Below are positions 35,374-49,900 of a DNA stretch of 64,000 nucleotides, one piece after another (within the stretch, counting starts at the first letter, position 1; every line of letters begins with the position of its first letter). Origin of the DNA: Chara braunii (lineage: Eukaryota; Plantae; Charophyceae); assembly GCA_003427395.1 (NCBI GenBank), contig BFEA01000016.1:2492313-2556312 (forward strand). The letters are read 5' to 3'. Under the pieces are notes generated by a model, which did not search any database, was not told the DNA's origin, and worked only from the letters and a program-made list of their open reading frames with translations. Made by a program: the position numbers and the translations under genes.

Positions 35374-38300
35374 TGCTGATAGTAGAAGGAAATATGACGA
35401 ATTCGTATTTGGGATAGTTGGCATAGTATCAAGGTTAGCTGAGTTACCCTCGTGCCCTGTACTGGTAGACTGAGTCAGAGGCTGTCTGTGGCGGGAACTT
35501 TCGCCGTTCTGCTCCTATGCCCGGTGAAACAACTATGACCTTTATTCATAAAAAAGAAGAAAAAAAGAACCTGCATGACTTTCTCTCTTGTAAGAATGAC
35601 TAGAGACGGGGGCAACTGATGAGGGGGAAGAGAGAGAGGGAAGCACATGGTGGATAGTAAAGTTTTCTGCAGATAGTGAGTTCCATGCACAAAAGAGAAT
35701 GAACTAGTGAAGGGATAATGAGGGGGGCTATGCTGCATCACTTTGAAAGCAAAAGAAAGGAGGGAATATTCAACATTTGTGCAAGATGAGACTCCTGCAA
35801 AATACACCGAACATTACCCGAATCTAGTCAAGTGAGCAGTGTAAGGTGATGCTATTAAGTGGGCGGCGAATCAGTTAGTGTATAATCAGATGTTTGATCA
35901 AGCATTCCGTCGGAACTCTCGAGTGCCAGGTTCTAGTCAGTGAACAGCAATGACATCCAGCAGTCCATTGTCCATTGTTTAGTAGCTCTTCACCCTGCAG
36001 GTTTTAAGCAAAACAGTCGGCCCTCAGATCAGTGCTTAGATCAATACTTGGAACAGTACTCTGGACCGTACTCAGAATGGTGCTCAGGCCAATACTCAGC
36101 AATGTTCGGCCCTCAATCAACAATTAATCTTTCTTTCTTTTCTTTTATTGTATAATATTTCATCAACCAGTCAACAATCAGACAGTGCCCCGGAAACGGG
36201 ACTCAGGCAACTAGTCTTAGACAATTCGACTCAGTTTCTGACAAATCAAGCTCAGATTGGACTTGAACAACACTCCACAGACACAAGTGGAAGTCTGACG
36301 GGCTGACAAATGTCTCAGCGAGCTCAAGCTATCTCTGAATTTGAATGATGACAGGCAAAATCAGTTACACTTGATTTTCAAGTTCTGCATACTTAGGTTC
36401 AAACATGGCGAGGAAAACATGAAAGGTAGTGAAGTGCTAACTGTAAAGTGCAGCTCTATCAGAGACAAGGAGGAGGGATGGGAAGAAGAAGCACACAAAG
36501 ACATGGAACTACATAGAAAAGTTCAACGTGAGCATGCAATTCAGATGGTGAAAGGTGAAGTGTACATTGAGTACGTGATCTATTTCTACGGACTCAACGG
36601 TGAAAAACACAGTATCGGTTCTTCGCTAGAAAGGGTAGAGCAGGCCAGAGCAAAACTCGCTTGAGCTAGTAGTATTCAAACTACCATTTCCAGAGCTCTA
36701 CCAGCATCTAAACAGCAGCTATTTGCAGTTTCTCCTGCGGTACGAAGACACGAGGATTCACGGTTCAGTGTATCAGTATCGGACGACATTCGGTGGATAT
36801 CAAGAGCGGTATTCAGTCCCCAGAACTGTACTATGAACGGCATTCAGAGCAGTTCTCAGGACAGTACCTGGGACGGTACCCGAGACTGTACTCTGAACTG
36901 CACCTAGAACTGTACTCAGAGCAGTTCTCGGGAAAATACTTGGAACAACACTCAAAACAAGTACTTTGAACGGTGCTCAAAGTAGCGTTTAATTTGTGGA
37001 TTCAGTCACTGCTCAGTCTGGGTTTAATCAGCAAACAGCCAATTCTAACGTTGACAGTCATTCATTAACAAGTAATCGGTTTCAGGAATAGTAAGCAGCC
37101 AGCCTCCGGAGCAATAAGCAATCAATTTTCAAGACAGCAACGTCAGTTTCCAGATCAGCCGCTACTAAACTTTCGGGTCAGCAATCATTCAGCCTCCTAG
37201 TCTGCATAAAGAGACAACAGTCAGCCATCAGTCCTTAGCAATCAGTCATTGACAATCGGTCATCAGCAATCAGTTAGTAACCAGTTAGCAACTATTCAGC
37301 GACCAACCCAGCAATTTACCCAATAACCCTTTCATGCTCAAATCACCCAAGAGTCACCCGTCTCGAGTCGAGTGAGCTGATGTAGGGAGAATTCGTTAAG
37401 GATATGGAGGGCAGCAACACAGTTAGAGTCTCCTGCTCTCTGTATCAGGGCACTGCAGAGACCTGGAGGGATAGTGCAGTTGAGGAATACAATCAGCAGA
37501 CTACTATGATGATGGAACATGCACTGACCCTCGTGAGGGATCATACTAGAATCGAGTACACATACTACTTGCACGATAAGAACGACAAACTATGTGCCAC
37601 CATAACTTCTGTGGGTATTATTAAGGAAGCAAGGACGACTGTTGGCAGCCACCAGTGAGCGTTTTGTCTTTGAACAAGAACAACTCGCCTATCCAGACGT
37701 TCAGTAATCAATTTAGTATTCAGATCAGCGATCAGGTCGCAGAAAGTCAGCAAACAACAGACACCACACCCATGAGTGCGGTCCAATCATTCCTGGTCAG
37801 CGAGGCAGTGCTGGCCAATCTCAATCAGATTCCATGCAAAGAGGCATTTCGCTATCAGTATGCTAGCGCCATTGGTTTCAGACAAGGAGATCTGTCAATC
37901 TTCGTTGTCCTGACCAGTTTCGCTGATGGCACTATCCCTAATCTGAGCTCGTATCTGAAAAAAAAGCAAGGAGGCTCATGAGCATTTTGATCCGGTCTGG
38001 ATCTCGGCCACCAAATACCTCGAGAGGAAGGAGAAGGAGCTCGATGAGAGTGGTGCTACGCTGATCCGCAGTTTTGGGCCGATGCTTTATACTGACTATC
38101 CTAGGCCTCCTGTCCCTTCTCTCCTCACAGATGGCACAACTTGGCTGGATATGATTGGCTTGGCGAAGAGGTATATCTCTCCGGCAGTGATCGACGTTGA
38201 GGCATTGACCGAACCCACCGAGTATCCTTACCTCAGACGAGGGGTCTTTTCTGTGGACGGACTGCCTACTTTGTGGGAGGAGTTTTGCTCCATGGTCAAC

Positions 38301-38916
38301 TTCCGTGTCATGTACCTCGGATGATCATGCTCAGAGCTTGCAGGCTTCAGGTGGCTCTTTGTCACGAGGCCTCAATCTCAGATTGTACGTGGGCGTGGGT
38401 CACGGCACCAGAGACGAACAGTGAAAAGAGAGACCGAGAGAGACTGACCAGAGGGATGAGTGAAGACTCTTGAGAGGTGCTGACCATGGTTGTCTATGTG
38501 TACTTTCTGAGATTATTATGAGTTCTCATTCATCCTTCATACACTTGATCTTGCCTTTGTTCGGGTAAGTATGTCTTGTCTCTTGTATTGTTCTTGTCTT
38601 GATGATTGCATTTGTGGGTAATTCGGTCACAGTTCTCAAAATCAGATTGACATATTTGATGTATACATAGCACCTCATAATTTTTATGATTATTTATTTG
38701 CATGAAGTTCAGCTGTTCCAAATCAAAATAAAAGATTCCTAATACCGGGGTCCGGCGAAGACCATAATTGAAGGGTCTCGCTCGAAGCCGGACGCACACA
38801 ACAGGAAGGGATTTGCATTATTTAATCTATTTATTTATTGCAATCAGATACAAAATCCTGAGTGACAGCTTGTTGGCTTTCCGGTCGCCCGATGTGGCTC
38901 GACTGGAAAAAGTGCG
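35374..38916 (+). repeat. 3' LTR (terminal CA missing or altered)
   Basis: Direct repeat of 16539-20162. X1 and X2 are open; Y1 is frameshifted and has a stop. Preceded by a weak PPT-like AAGTTTGGG. Confidence 0.92.
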
Positions 38917-38919
38917 GAC

Positions 38920-41900
38920 GTTCTCTCAGGCATCATGGAAAACGGGCGTGGTGCAGTCCGTTCTGGCGCTTGAAGCCGTGACTGATGTGCGACTGGAATG
39001 ACGTTGGTAAATAGCTTGTCTGCTAACGGCCTAGAATCAGCGAAGATCTCATCGGTCAAAGGTACCGATTTCCCTCGTTCGGGATCAATAAGAATCGTGT
39101 CTGTGATAGACACTTTTGTGGCACCGGTGATACATAGGGGCTCATCTCGTGTTCGCTTAGATGCTTCTCGTACGGAACATCGCATACGCTGACTAAGCTC
39201 TAGCCTCAAGGGCGCTGTTGTATCAGTAACTCCCTTGAGGCCTCGTTTTCGTGATGATAGCACTCTTCATTTTTCTTTCTCTCCTTCTCGATCCACAATA
39301 ACTATATCAGGGTCAACTCTCTTCTTTGAAGAAAGAGCCCATAATGATTTGGTAGAGATGACGCGGATGGACACTATAGGCGTCTTGCTTCTTGATGGTA
39401 AGAAAATCCCGACACACCGACTATTTACCGTCGCCTTTACCTCGTCCTCGTCCAACGACGTTCGTCTAACCTCCAAGTCCTCCTCCTTTGAAGGAAATAC
39501 GAGTTCATCCCTCAGATTGTCGGTTCTCTTGACGTACTGTCGGTCCTCAAGTCCCACTACGCCATAGTCTATTGCCTTGTGAATATCGGGGCAATCTTTC
39601 CCCATATGGTCATCTGAACAGCAATAGACGCATGTGTTACGAGGAGAAAAAAATTCATCCTCTACACCTCTATGTCCCCCGTGTCCACGTGATACCCGAA
39701 TATCCTGAGGACACGGACCAGGCTTACGTTGTCCTCCGGCATCATCACGATGGTCCCGATGAACATCTCTCCGCTCGTACCGCTCGTGAGAATTGTCGTG
39801 TCGGTCGCATGGCCATACCTATCTAGACTCTTAGGATAATCCTCTGCATCCCGGAGGTCTTCAGGACCTCGATCATATCTCGGGTTGTGAGGGTAGATCT
39901 CCACCCGACCATGTCGTCGATACTCCTTGTCCCTATCTCTCGTATAGTCTCTAGGATACGCAACCTGTCGATATCGATCCTCGTCCTGGTACCTAGGGGA
40001 ATCATCGCGACGTATATGATATTGTTGCTCCTTCGCTCGATAATCGGCTAGTGTCCGAGGGTTTCTATCCTCCACGTCTCTCCACGATTCTGAGTCTCGA
40101 TTATCCCACCTCGGCGAGTACGCTGAACCAGTCCTAACCCGATCGAACCTCAATGAGTTTGACGGTCCGTTCCTCGCCTGATAACCGATAGTCTCTGTTT
40201 TCTCTTCTATCCTGGCGACCTATCGCGCCAAGCCCTTGATAATCTCTCTTAGATCCGAATTGTCTATGATGTTTGTTCGTCGCTCTCTAGGTTCATCAAG
40301 GAGGTATCGGTGGTCTGTTAAAGGCTTATCATCAAAATTTGGGCACCTCTCCCCACCAGAAGAACGAGAAGCCGACCGCAGGCTCTCCCTGCGGCGCAAT
40401 CCAGTCCAGACTAGGTCCTTATACTCGTCACTGTCGGGCCTTATGGCCAACCTAAGGACTGTCGCAAACTCGAGTCGATCGTCCGGAAGGTCTCTTAGAA
40501 TCCCTTTTTGTTTTTCCGTCGATAACCGACTGATGAAAATGGTGCACATGTCAACCTCAGATAACTTCCCCTTTGCCACCAGAACATCCGACATCTTTTC
40601 AAACCTCCTCCCGAATGCCAGAACACTCTCATCCTCTTCTTGACTCAGCTTCTCCACGTCTTTGATAGAGTACCTAATATCATCGTGTTTGAAGAGTTGA
40701 TATAAATTTTCCTTGTAAGTCTTCCAGGGTCGGTCCCTCGGTCTCACACTCTTTACCTCCTTGCCAAAGCTCGGGTCGGAGTTGAATAGGAAGTTGTCGA
40801 TAATCTCATCCTTTGTCCATCAACTATGATACGTGTGTCGCTCCCGCTTCTCTAAGTAATCTGAAATTTCATATCCTCTGAAGATGGGAGGTCTGGTATC
40901 AAGCTCTGAAGATTAACGCGATATAATATATTTATCTCGCTTCTCATAGGGTAGAGTATAAGACTCCCAAGTCTCCGGATCGAAGAAGCATCGAGGCTGA
41001 CTGTCATATCTGTCTTTGTCTCTATCGCATCCCTTCTCTCTCTCGTACCGATCTTACCAATTATCTCTGCGATGATTATCTCTCATCTCCTTATACCTCT
41101 GATTAGGCGATAGTGGGGGACACTCCCCCCCTGGGTCCATCAAGACTGGCTCCATCCTACTCCTCTCTCGCACAACAGCCACTGACTGGGTCGGACTAAT
41201 AGCCTGAGATTTGTCAGCCACCTCCGACTTCCCATCATCGTTCAAACTCTCACAAGTCAGTGGAGTCTGTCTAAAGCGTTCCTTAAGCTCGAGAAGAGTT
41301 CGACCGGGTGAGGGGTGATACTCACCGTATCTACCTGAACTTCCATGGTGTCGGATTCCATATTTAGTGTAAGTGGCTCCTTTGGAGCCCGGACCTAATG
41401 AATAAGCTCGGGTAGGACCGTCTAACAATACTCAGAGCTATAAGTTCGTATTTCACACTTAACGCACATTAAACTAGCTAGAATCACTCATCCAGCCCGG
41501 ACCTATGATGAACTACTCCCTCATTTCTCCAACCTACTGGATCTGTCGGCACAGTCCGAGATGTCCCTCCATCTATCACAGCGAGATAAAGTCTTGACCT
41601 GATGTAAGAGTCGTAAAAAAAAGCTAGCAGTCCGGACCTCTTTGATTTCTCTCCCTACTTAAACTTAATCTCTAGTGGGGGATATATCAAGTAATCTCAG
41701 TCCGGATCCTAACCCGGACCTAATGATTTGGCCGGACTAAAGCGCTTATAATTGTATTGGGTGAGCGGGATGGGGAACTCCTCTGACTACTGACTATCGT
41801 ATGAGAGAAGGGCGGCTAAGAATAGTCCGAAATAGGCAAGCGAGAGAACATTAAGAGACATTGGTAAAGAGAAGTATAGAAAGGACTAGGAAAGAGGCAT

Positions 41901-42000
41901 CAAGGTGGTCTAACTGGGACCTTCCGCTGACCGACCGAGCCCTTGCAGATCGGAGTCACGCCGAAGCCGTGGCTAGCCAGTGCTAAACAAAGTCTAGACT
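38920..42000 (-). mobile_element. gag: Fragment of another Gypsy element (gag plus leader)
   Basis: PPIFRGYEISDYLEK... and ORF 40220..40747 are capsid-like; knuckle CVYCCSDDHMGKDC near 39590-39635. No pol is present. Confidence 0.75.
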
Positions 42001-42002
42001 GA

Positions 42003-45000
42003 TCTAAGAAGAAAGGGGTGTTGAAATCCCGGTTTAAATAGAGGTTACATGCCTTTAAAAAAAAAAAATGTTCAAGTAGAAGGCATGTGCTCTATTTGAG
42101 GGAAATTCAAAGTTTCCTCCAATCTGGATGTTGTAAAAACAATGATTTATTAACCGATCCGAAATACAAAACGAATTTTAATTGATTTTATTTTTAATTT
42201 TTAGTTTTAAATTTGATACTTCCATGGATTTAAGGGAATTTTCTATTTAAATTTTTAATTTATTTGTTATGTTTTAATCTTTTTCGTGAGTTTAGTATGT
42301 CGGTTTTGCACGGGGAAGATCTCAAAATTTTGAAAATTTTCTTCCGTACAAAATCACGTTCGGCGCGTGCCATCGAAATCCACTTAAATTTTCAGTTATA
42401 AAACAAAATAGTGTTTTAATTTAAAGATTTTAATTTATTAAATTGCAGTTAAATTGTTATATCCGAGTTTTACGCCGCCGGTTTCACCCGCAGAGGGTCT
42501 CAAAACTTTGGGACAAGCAAAACGCCCAACTTTGTTTTGGATATCTGTCGGCCAAAGTCGCTCGGTTCTGAAGTTAAAATTTAAGGAAGCGAAACTGAAT
42601 GTTTTATGTTCGCAATTATTTTTCTCAATTCACTGTGTTGTGGGAAGGGCACTTGAGATTCAGCACCCACTCCCTGTTCTGCCGTCGAAGACCTCCGAAG
42701 CGGGCGCGGCGGGTGACAGACGCCGCTGTCCCTGGCTTCCGCAGCGGGCCGACGGTTCCCTCCCTGGGTTTCCTCACAACTTTCGCGCCGTTGCCGGGGA
42801 GGGGACTGCACCCCCAAGGCCTCGGCCTTCCCCAATCAAACGGGGGTGCGCTGGCTAATCAGCCAGTGACTAATTAGCTTTAAAAAAAAATGTTGATTAG
42901 TTGATTTTTCTTTATTTTTGTTTATTTTTGTAATTCGTTTTTTCCCGATATCTTCTGATCCGGGTGTTTTTGCGTGGACCACCCCTGGATCAAAGTTGAT
43001 CCTCTTGCCGAGACAAAATTTTGAGGACCAGCGTCGGCGAAAACTAACGGCTAGATTTTTAGATATATTATTTTATTTATTTATTTTAAAAATAATTCAA
43101 AAATTTGTTGCTTTTTTTTTTGCCTTAATTAAATTTCCGGAAACTGGGGCTGAATTTTGGATTGCTCACCGATAGGAAAGTTGTTCGATTTTTTTTTCCC
43201 GACATTTGAGACTCAGCTCGGGAAAAACGGACAACGCATGCAAGCGGTACGCGGTTCAACAACGCCTATTAATAGAAATTAAATTGATAAATTATGAACT
43301 TTTTTATTAATTTATTTTAATATTAAAAAGACTAAATTAAAATTTCTAATCTGATAAGTTTTTTGTTTGATGCGCAAAGATTGAATGTGTAAAGTTTTTG
43401 CGGTCGAAAAGGGGTCGGTAGTCCGCGTGCGGGCGCGCACAAATACCAAACCTTAGTAAATCAAAACCCCAGTTGGGAAAATTGATATAAGATAAAAACT
43501 TCGGGTATTTTTTATTTTAACTCTACAAACGGCCGGCATTCGCCGACGGGAGCCGAGACCAAAGTTGGCGGGAAAATTGGTTTGAAAATTTTGAGACCTT
43601 CGGTGCTCAAAACAGTGCATGGAAACTTAAGTTACGAATTTTTATTGATTTATTTTAATTTTGACTAAGAAAAAATATTTTATCTTTTATTTATTTTACT
43701 GCAAATTGGGGCAGAAATTGCGGACGCTTACCGGGAGCAAATTCGATCAGCGAAATTTTCTCGAAATATCAAGATTTGTTTTTGGGAGAAACCGACATCG
43801 GCTGCAACCGGTATGCGCCCATTAGTCCTTGTTAAATTGAATTAAATTGCCGAATTTTATATTTGTCTGTTTTATTTTTTATTATTACTAAAAATTATTA
43901 ATAAAAAAAATCTGATCCATTGGAAAGTTTCGTTATACACCCAAGTATAATTGTGTCAAGTTTAAATAGGTAAATGAAGATAATAAAATAAAATAATGTC
44001 GAATCAGTCAATTGAGGTTGATACAGTTAGGGAATTGTGCCAACCGATGAATTTGAACTTTCACCATTTGTCAAATCGCTCAAAAGGGCTTGACCTTAAT
44101 CCCGTCAACAATTCCTCTTGAAAGTGTACTCAGATCCGCCAACAGTTTCAATGTCACGCTCTCGCAGAACCGTTCAGTGGGCTCGTCAATCGACAAACAT
44201 GTCCCTCTCTGGTTCCATCTGCTCGATCAGGAGGCAAAGATCGATCCACCTGGGACTTGATTTCAAGCGCAGCAGAGAACCAATCCACGGACTCGATTTC
44301 AAATAGGGCAGGCGTGTCAATGTACAAGCTTGATCCCGAGTAAGCCGGCGTGTTGATCCACATACTCTGTCCCTCCAGATAATCTAGGGAGAGTTAATAA
44401 CTAGTCAGTCCGCTGACTCAGTTCCAAGCGGTCCAATCAAGAGTAAGCAGCATCGACCCAATGGTTGTGTTCTAGGTAATCAAGGGGGAGTGAATAGACA
44501 TTCTCTCCGCTGGCTGAGTTCCAAGCGGTCCAATCAAGAGTAAGCAGGGCCCAAGCGGCAGACTTAATTTCGAATGTCCAATCAAGAGTAATCAGCGTCG
44601 ACCCATTGGCTGTGTTCCAGGTAATCAACGGGAGTGAATAGACAGTCTGTCCGCTGGCTCAGTTCCTAGCGGTCCAATCAAGAGTAAGCAGCGGCCAAGC
44701 GGCAAACTCAGTTTCGAATGCCCAATCAAGAGTATTCAGCGTCAATCCATTGGATGTGTTCCAGGTAATCAAGGGGGAGTGAATAGACAGTCTGTCTGCT
44801 GGCTCAGTTCCAATCGGTCGAATCAAGAGTAAGCAGGGTCCAAGTGGCAAACTCCGTTTCGAGTGTCCAATCAAGAGTAATCAGCGTCGATCCATTGGCT
44901 ATGTTCCAGGTAATCAAGGGGGAATGAATAGACAGTCTGTCCGCTGGCTCAGTTCCAAGCGGTCCAATCAAGAGCAAGCAGGGTCCAAGCGGCATACTCA

Positions 45001-45639
45001 GTTTCGAATGTCCAATCAAGAGTAATCAGCATCGATCCATTGACCGTGTTTCAGGTAATCAACGGGAGTGAATAGTCAGCCTGTTCGCTGGCTCAGTTCC
45101 GCTTAAAATAAATAAATGAAACAGATGCGACGGACCCTCTCACTTTTCGTTAGGCCCTCTCACTCCAACACTCTCACTTTATTACTAGCCCTCTTCTCTC
45201 TCGCTCTCACACTTGTGTCCCCCTCTTCCTCTTACTCACACACTCACTCTCTCACTCTCTCACTCTCTCACTCACTCACTCTCTCACTCACTCACTCACT
45301 CACTCACTCACTCACTCACTCACTCTCTCCGCCCGCAGTCTCTCTCTCTCTCTCTCCCTGTACAATCTCTCTCTCTCACTGCGCACTCTCCCTCACTCTC
45401 ACTGCACAGCCGCTCTCTCTCCCACTGCGCAATCTGTGCACTCTAATCTCACACTTCAAGACGGTTTGGCTCACGCTCACCCCTTTGATTAGTAGTTGTG
45501 TGTCTTTCACCAGATGGAGAAGCAAAGCTGAATCTTCAGTTGGAATGTGGAAAGTCTCATCGTGAATCTCTATGCCTTCAGAGGGCTGTGACAGCACGCG
45601 CTCACCAATCACGAGTGTGAATGGATCTCCTACAAGAAC

Positions 45640-45688
<49 letters not shown>

Positions 45689-46956
45689 CATTATTATTGT
45701 TTTTATTGTGCCAACGTGCCAGTTCTCTTTCCCTTGTAGTTGTCATGCCAGCAGCGGCACCTTTCGATAGAGCACCGAGCCCAACGGACACGTTCGCTGC
45801 GTTCATTGTCGTTGCCCGCCCGTGCGCTGCGGTCCCTCTGGTCGTCTCCGTCCCCGAATGTCCCTGAATCCTTTCTCTAGCCCAGCTATATTCCACTCTC
45901 ACGGCCTCATCTGTCCCCAACAGTCCGCTGCCGCTGGTCCAGCCCTCCGGACTTATTAGCACCTTGGCTCAAGCCCGCAGCAACCGTTGGGCCTGCCCTG
46001 GTACCCAGGTTTTTTTTTTGGCTTGGTAGACCAAGAGAGATTGCCCTGCACCAGTACCCGTGTCATGTCCTATGAGCCGCAGCAAATACCCGGCACAGAA
46101 GTTCAACCAACGACCGTTTCACTGTGGCCAGGTCGGCATGAAGTAACAAAATAAACATATCAAACCGGGGTGGGCCGCGGCAGCACTAGATCAGATCATC
46201 CACCGTGCCAAGCAGCGCTGCATTGTACCAATTTCGTACCCACAATCGTGACAATCTGACCTGGCCGCCGAAATTCGAAAATCAGTCCCAGTGACCCGAC
46301 CGTTGACAAACCAAAGTCCGCGTCATGGTAGTGTTGGGACAAACACCGCTCGATAATCAAGTGTCCACCTGAGTTCCGTACGACAATCAGCACGTCACGG
46401 GAACTCAACAAATCACGGGTGCCACACAGTCAATAATTCCTGAGTTATAACAAGGACAAAATTCTAGTAAAACCCGGTAAAATTAGGGGAGGGTTAATAA
46501 TTAAATAAAATCCTCTTTAAATCGGCGCGGATTAATAATTAGGTAAATCATGGTTAAGATTGATGAGGGCGGAATCGGACAAAACTTGTTCAATAATAAA
46601 ATAATCACTTGTTTTTAATTTCATCATTAAATTAGATAATTTTTTTGGCTCCTTTCTTTCTCAACCGGTCAGCGTGCAAAGGACCACGCGAAGGTCTACT
46701 CGCTCATCCACGTTCCGTGGCTGACCAATTCGAAGACAGTCTCAGAACAGATGAAAAAAGTACGCGCCAGGCGCGGTAGACACGGTCGTCCAAGTCACCA
46801 AATTTAGGGGTTAGTACCAGCGGTCAACACAGGGGTTTTCAGAGTTAGTATTAGGACCCCTTATTTTTCCCGACAGCTCTGATGAAAGTGCCGGTTGATA
46901 ATTCCTTACGCATTTAACCCAAGGCTCAATCCTTGGTTTTTCGGGTGGCCGACTGG
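42003..46956 (+). mobile_element. Dispersed repeat, probable non-autonomous Helitron, copy 2
   Basis: Candidate A|TC 5' end at the switch to AT-rich sequence (tentative); 3' hairpin and CTGG|T; 3 kb shared with copy 1. Confidence 0.6.
44413..45100. repeat. ~145-bp tandem repeat (about 4.5 units)
   Basis: Same unit as 13590-14330. Confidence 0.92.
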
Positions 46957-49900
46957 TCTACAACCGCCCGACACCGGAGCATGAGGGGTGGGTGTATGTG
47001 GAAGGATCAGGCAAGGGAAAGGGACCCAGAGGATGGACATGGGAATGCCAAGGTGAGCCAAATTGGAAGTCTAGACCTCCACAAGGATGGATTCCTCCGG
47101 CCTCCTCGCCTCCACTTCCTTAACACCCACATCGTCAGGAAACACACGTAGAAGATAGTCCAGAGAAAGATGGGGGAATGGTTTCTGGCCCACGTCCTGA
47201 CCTAGGTGTGCAGGAAGCTAATTTTAATGCACCTGGACCTTCACATGCAGTGGAAAAATCAGGGAGCATTCCTAGTAGTGGTTCGCTTGGTCCGGATCCC
47301 AAGAACTACATGCAACCTCTTCCACCCAATGAAAGGGAAGGGGTGGAGGGCTTAGCTATTCCAAAGGAGGTTAATTCAGGCATAAGTCAACAGTTGGAAT
47401 CACAAGAGCAAGAGGGGGGTACTTCCACAGTCACTCCCCACACCAATGAAGAGGAAGAGTTGGCAATGGTGATGTCGGATACTGCAATCGCTCAGAACGT
47501 AATCAAAGACTATAGCAATGAAGAATTGGGACAGGTAGGACAGGTAGGAAACGATGATGCTAGGGTGAGGGTACGAAATGCAGGCCCCGAAGTAAAAGAG
47601 GATGCTATAAATGAAGTCATGATAATTACGGAAGAAGGGTTGGTAATGGAATCCCCTCCCGCACAGTTAGATAAAGAAAGTATGACCATGGGGGAGGATA
47701 ATCAGAAAGAAGTGGATCTCTAAGAGGATCTCAACCTTCACAATCATGAGAGTTTGGGGCGGGAGGTGGTTCCATATCAGTTGTTGCAGATAGGAAGTAT
47801 GTTGTAGCCTCAGGACATCGAGCAGCAGCAGTCCCTACTATCGCAACAGTTCCGACAGCAGATGCAGAATAGGCATGCGCAGCAGAGAGCCAAGCAGCAG
47901 CAAGATCTCTCAGAGGATCTCAACCCTCAAGGCATCAAACAACAGCAGTCTCGACAGGCGCAGCAACACCAACTCCAAACGCAGTATAGACCTGCGCAAC
48001 ACACAGCTAAGTAGTAGCAACAACAACAAGATCAACGGTTGTTACAACAAGGAGGTGGGGAAGTCCAGCAGGATTTGATGGTGGTTCAACAACAACAGCC
48101 GGCACAGTCACAAGAACATCATCAGCAAATACATCAATTGCCACAAGGGCTGATACAGTGGAATTTGCTTACGCTGTGCTTTAGTCTCCTTTCCCACGCC
48201 TGTTTCACAAGAAGCAGGCAAAAGACAGTAACTGAGAAATGTTTTAGAACGAGGTCAAACAGTCAAATCACAAGCACTGAAGGGTAACATGGTTGTCCCG
48301 GTACGAAAACAGAGCGGGAAATGGGAAATAGGGCTATCCCCAACAGGGCAAGATCAGTACGGGGGAATAACTCTGAGAAGTTGGACAATATATGTGGAGT
48401 ATCAGAGTGTAAATGACCGGACTTTCAAAAGAGACTTACATGACTTTCTATCTAAACATTATGATCCTGGACCTCAAGCGACCCTTACGGAGGTAGGTGA
48501 TAAGGCACAAATGACCAAAAGGGACATTTTTGCCCGCTTCGAGGATCAGAAAGAGGCGGGCCTCAAATGGTTTTCCCACTTGCAGTGTCTCAAGATCAAG
48601 GCTAATTCAGTCTGGTCGGTGGTAGATGTTGTATCCTTTTGTTGCTCAATCTTATGAAGAGGATTTTTTTTTTCCTCTTCAGACTTTGAGAATGGTAGTC
48701 GGATCCGGTTATAAATCAAAGGGAGAAGTGGGGTGAGTAGTTCTATTTCAGGTGGCTATGGAGGTTTTACAAGCATTCTATGAGAAGAATCTCGCATGGC
48801 ACCGAGTCACTCAGATAGCGGATTTGGATATAAGGTCCCTGAATGTGAATGGGCTTGCCACGGCAGCTGGGGAGAAAATGACATCACTGATAGAACAGTT
48901 AAAAGGAGTAGGGGAACGTACGTGGCCGGATCTTATTTGCATCCAAGTACGTGGCCGGATCTTATTTGCATCCAAGAAACTCACTTCACGGAGTCTCGCA
49001 TTCATACGAGAGCACACAATTTAGTTTGGCCGCATACTAAATTTTATTCTCCGGCCAGTGTAGTGGGTCGGGAGGGGTGACCATTTGGATTCCACCGGAT
49101 TCAAAGGCGGAAATCATTCAATGGACAGTAGATAAAAGTCAAGGCAGGTGGGTTTCGACATTGATTATGCTGGAATTAGAAGTTATTTGTGTGATTAACG
49201 TATATAGCCCTAATGACGTCCAGGAGAGGGTGTGTTTTTTTCAAAAAATCAGAACTCAAATCCCGGACGGAATTCCCGTCATCATGGCGGAAGATTTTAA
49301 TGCGGCCCCGGATAGGTGGATGGATCGCTAGAAAATACCATCTCCCTGTCCAACATATGTCGAAGTGAATGAAATAATAATAAACTCACTATGCGAAGGG
49401 GAACATTTATTTGATACATACCGAAGAATCTTTCCGAAGAAACGTCTATTTACATGTATTCGTAATAGCGGATTGCCACTTCAATCTCGCTCTATAATAA
49501 ATTTGATTCTTATGTCTGAGGATTTAGATAGGGCCCTACTATGGGCTGCTATCTTTCCCCAAAGTCCGTGGCTAGACGCGGATCACAAAATGTGTGTAGC
49601 CCTTTTGAATCTTAGGAAGAAACCGGATCAAGGGAAATATTTTTATAAATTAAATACATCATTGCTAACACAATGTCAGTTTAAGCAATATATAAGCGAT
49701 GTTTGGGAATTTTGGCATACCACTAAAAATAGACATGATTCGTATGAGGAGTGGTTTAATAATGGTCTTGCATTTATCGCTAAAAAGTGCAATGAATTTT
49801 TGAAACTTCAGGCTGAGAACAAATATTTACAGGAAATGAATATTCAAGAACAAATTTTTAATTATGAATTGGCAAATCAATCTCACACTTTACCTCACCC

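Larger units (their letters stand above)
16539..38916 (+). mobile_element. Giant (~22.4 kb) Ty3/Gypsy LTR retrotransposon with accessory ORFs
   Basis: Two ~3.6-kb direct repeats, PBS, gag-PR-RT-RH-INT order and a ~7-kb 3' internal region. No TSD could be recovered. Confidence 0.92.
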
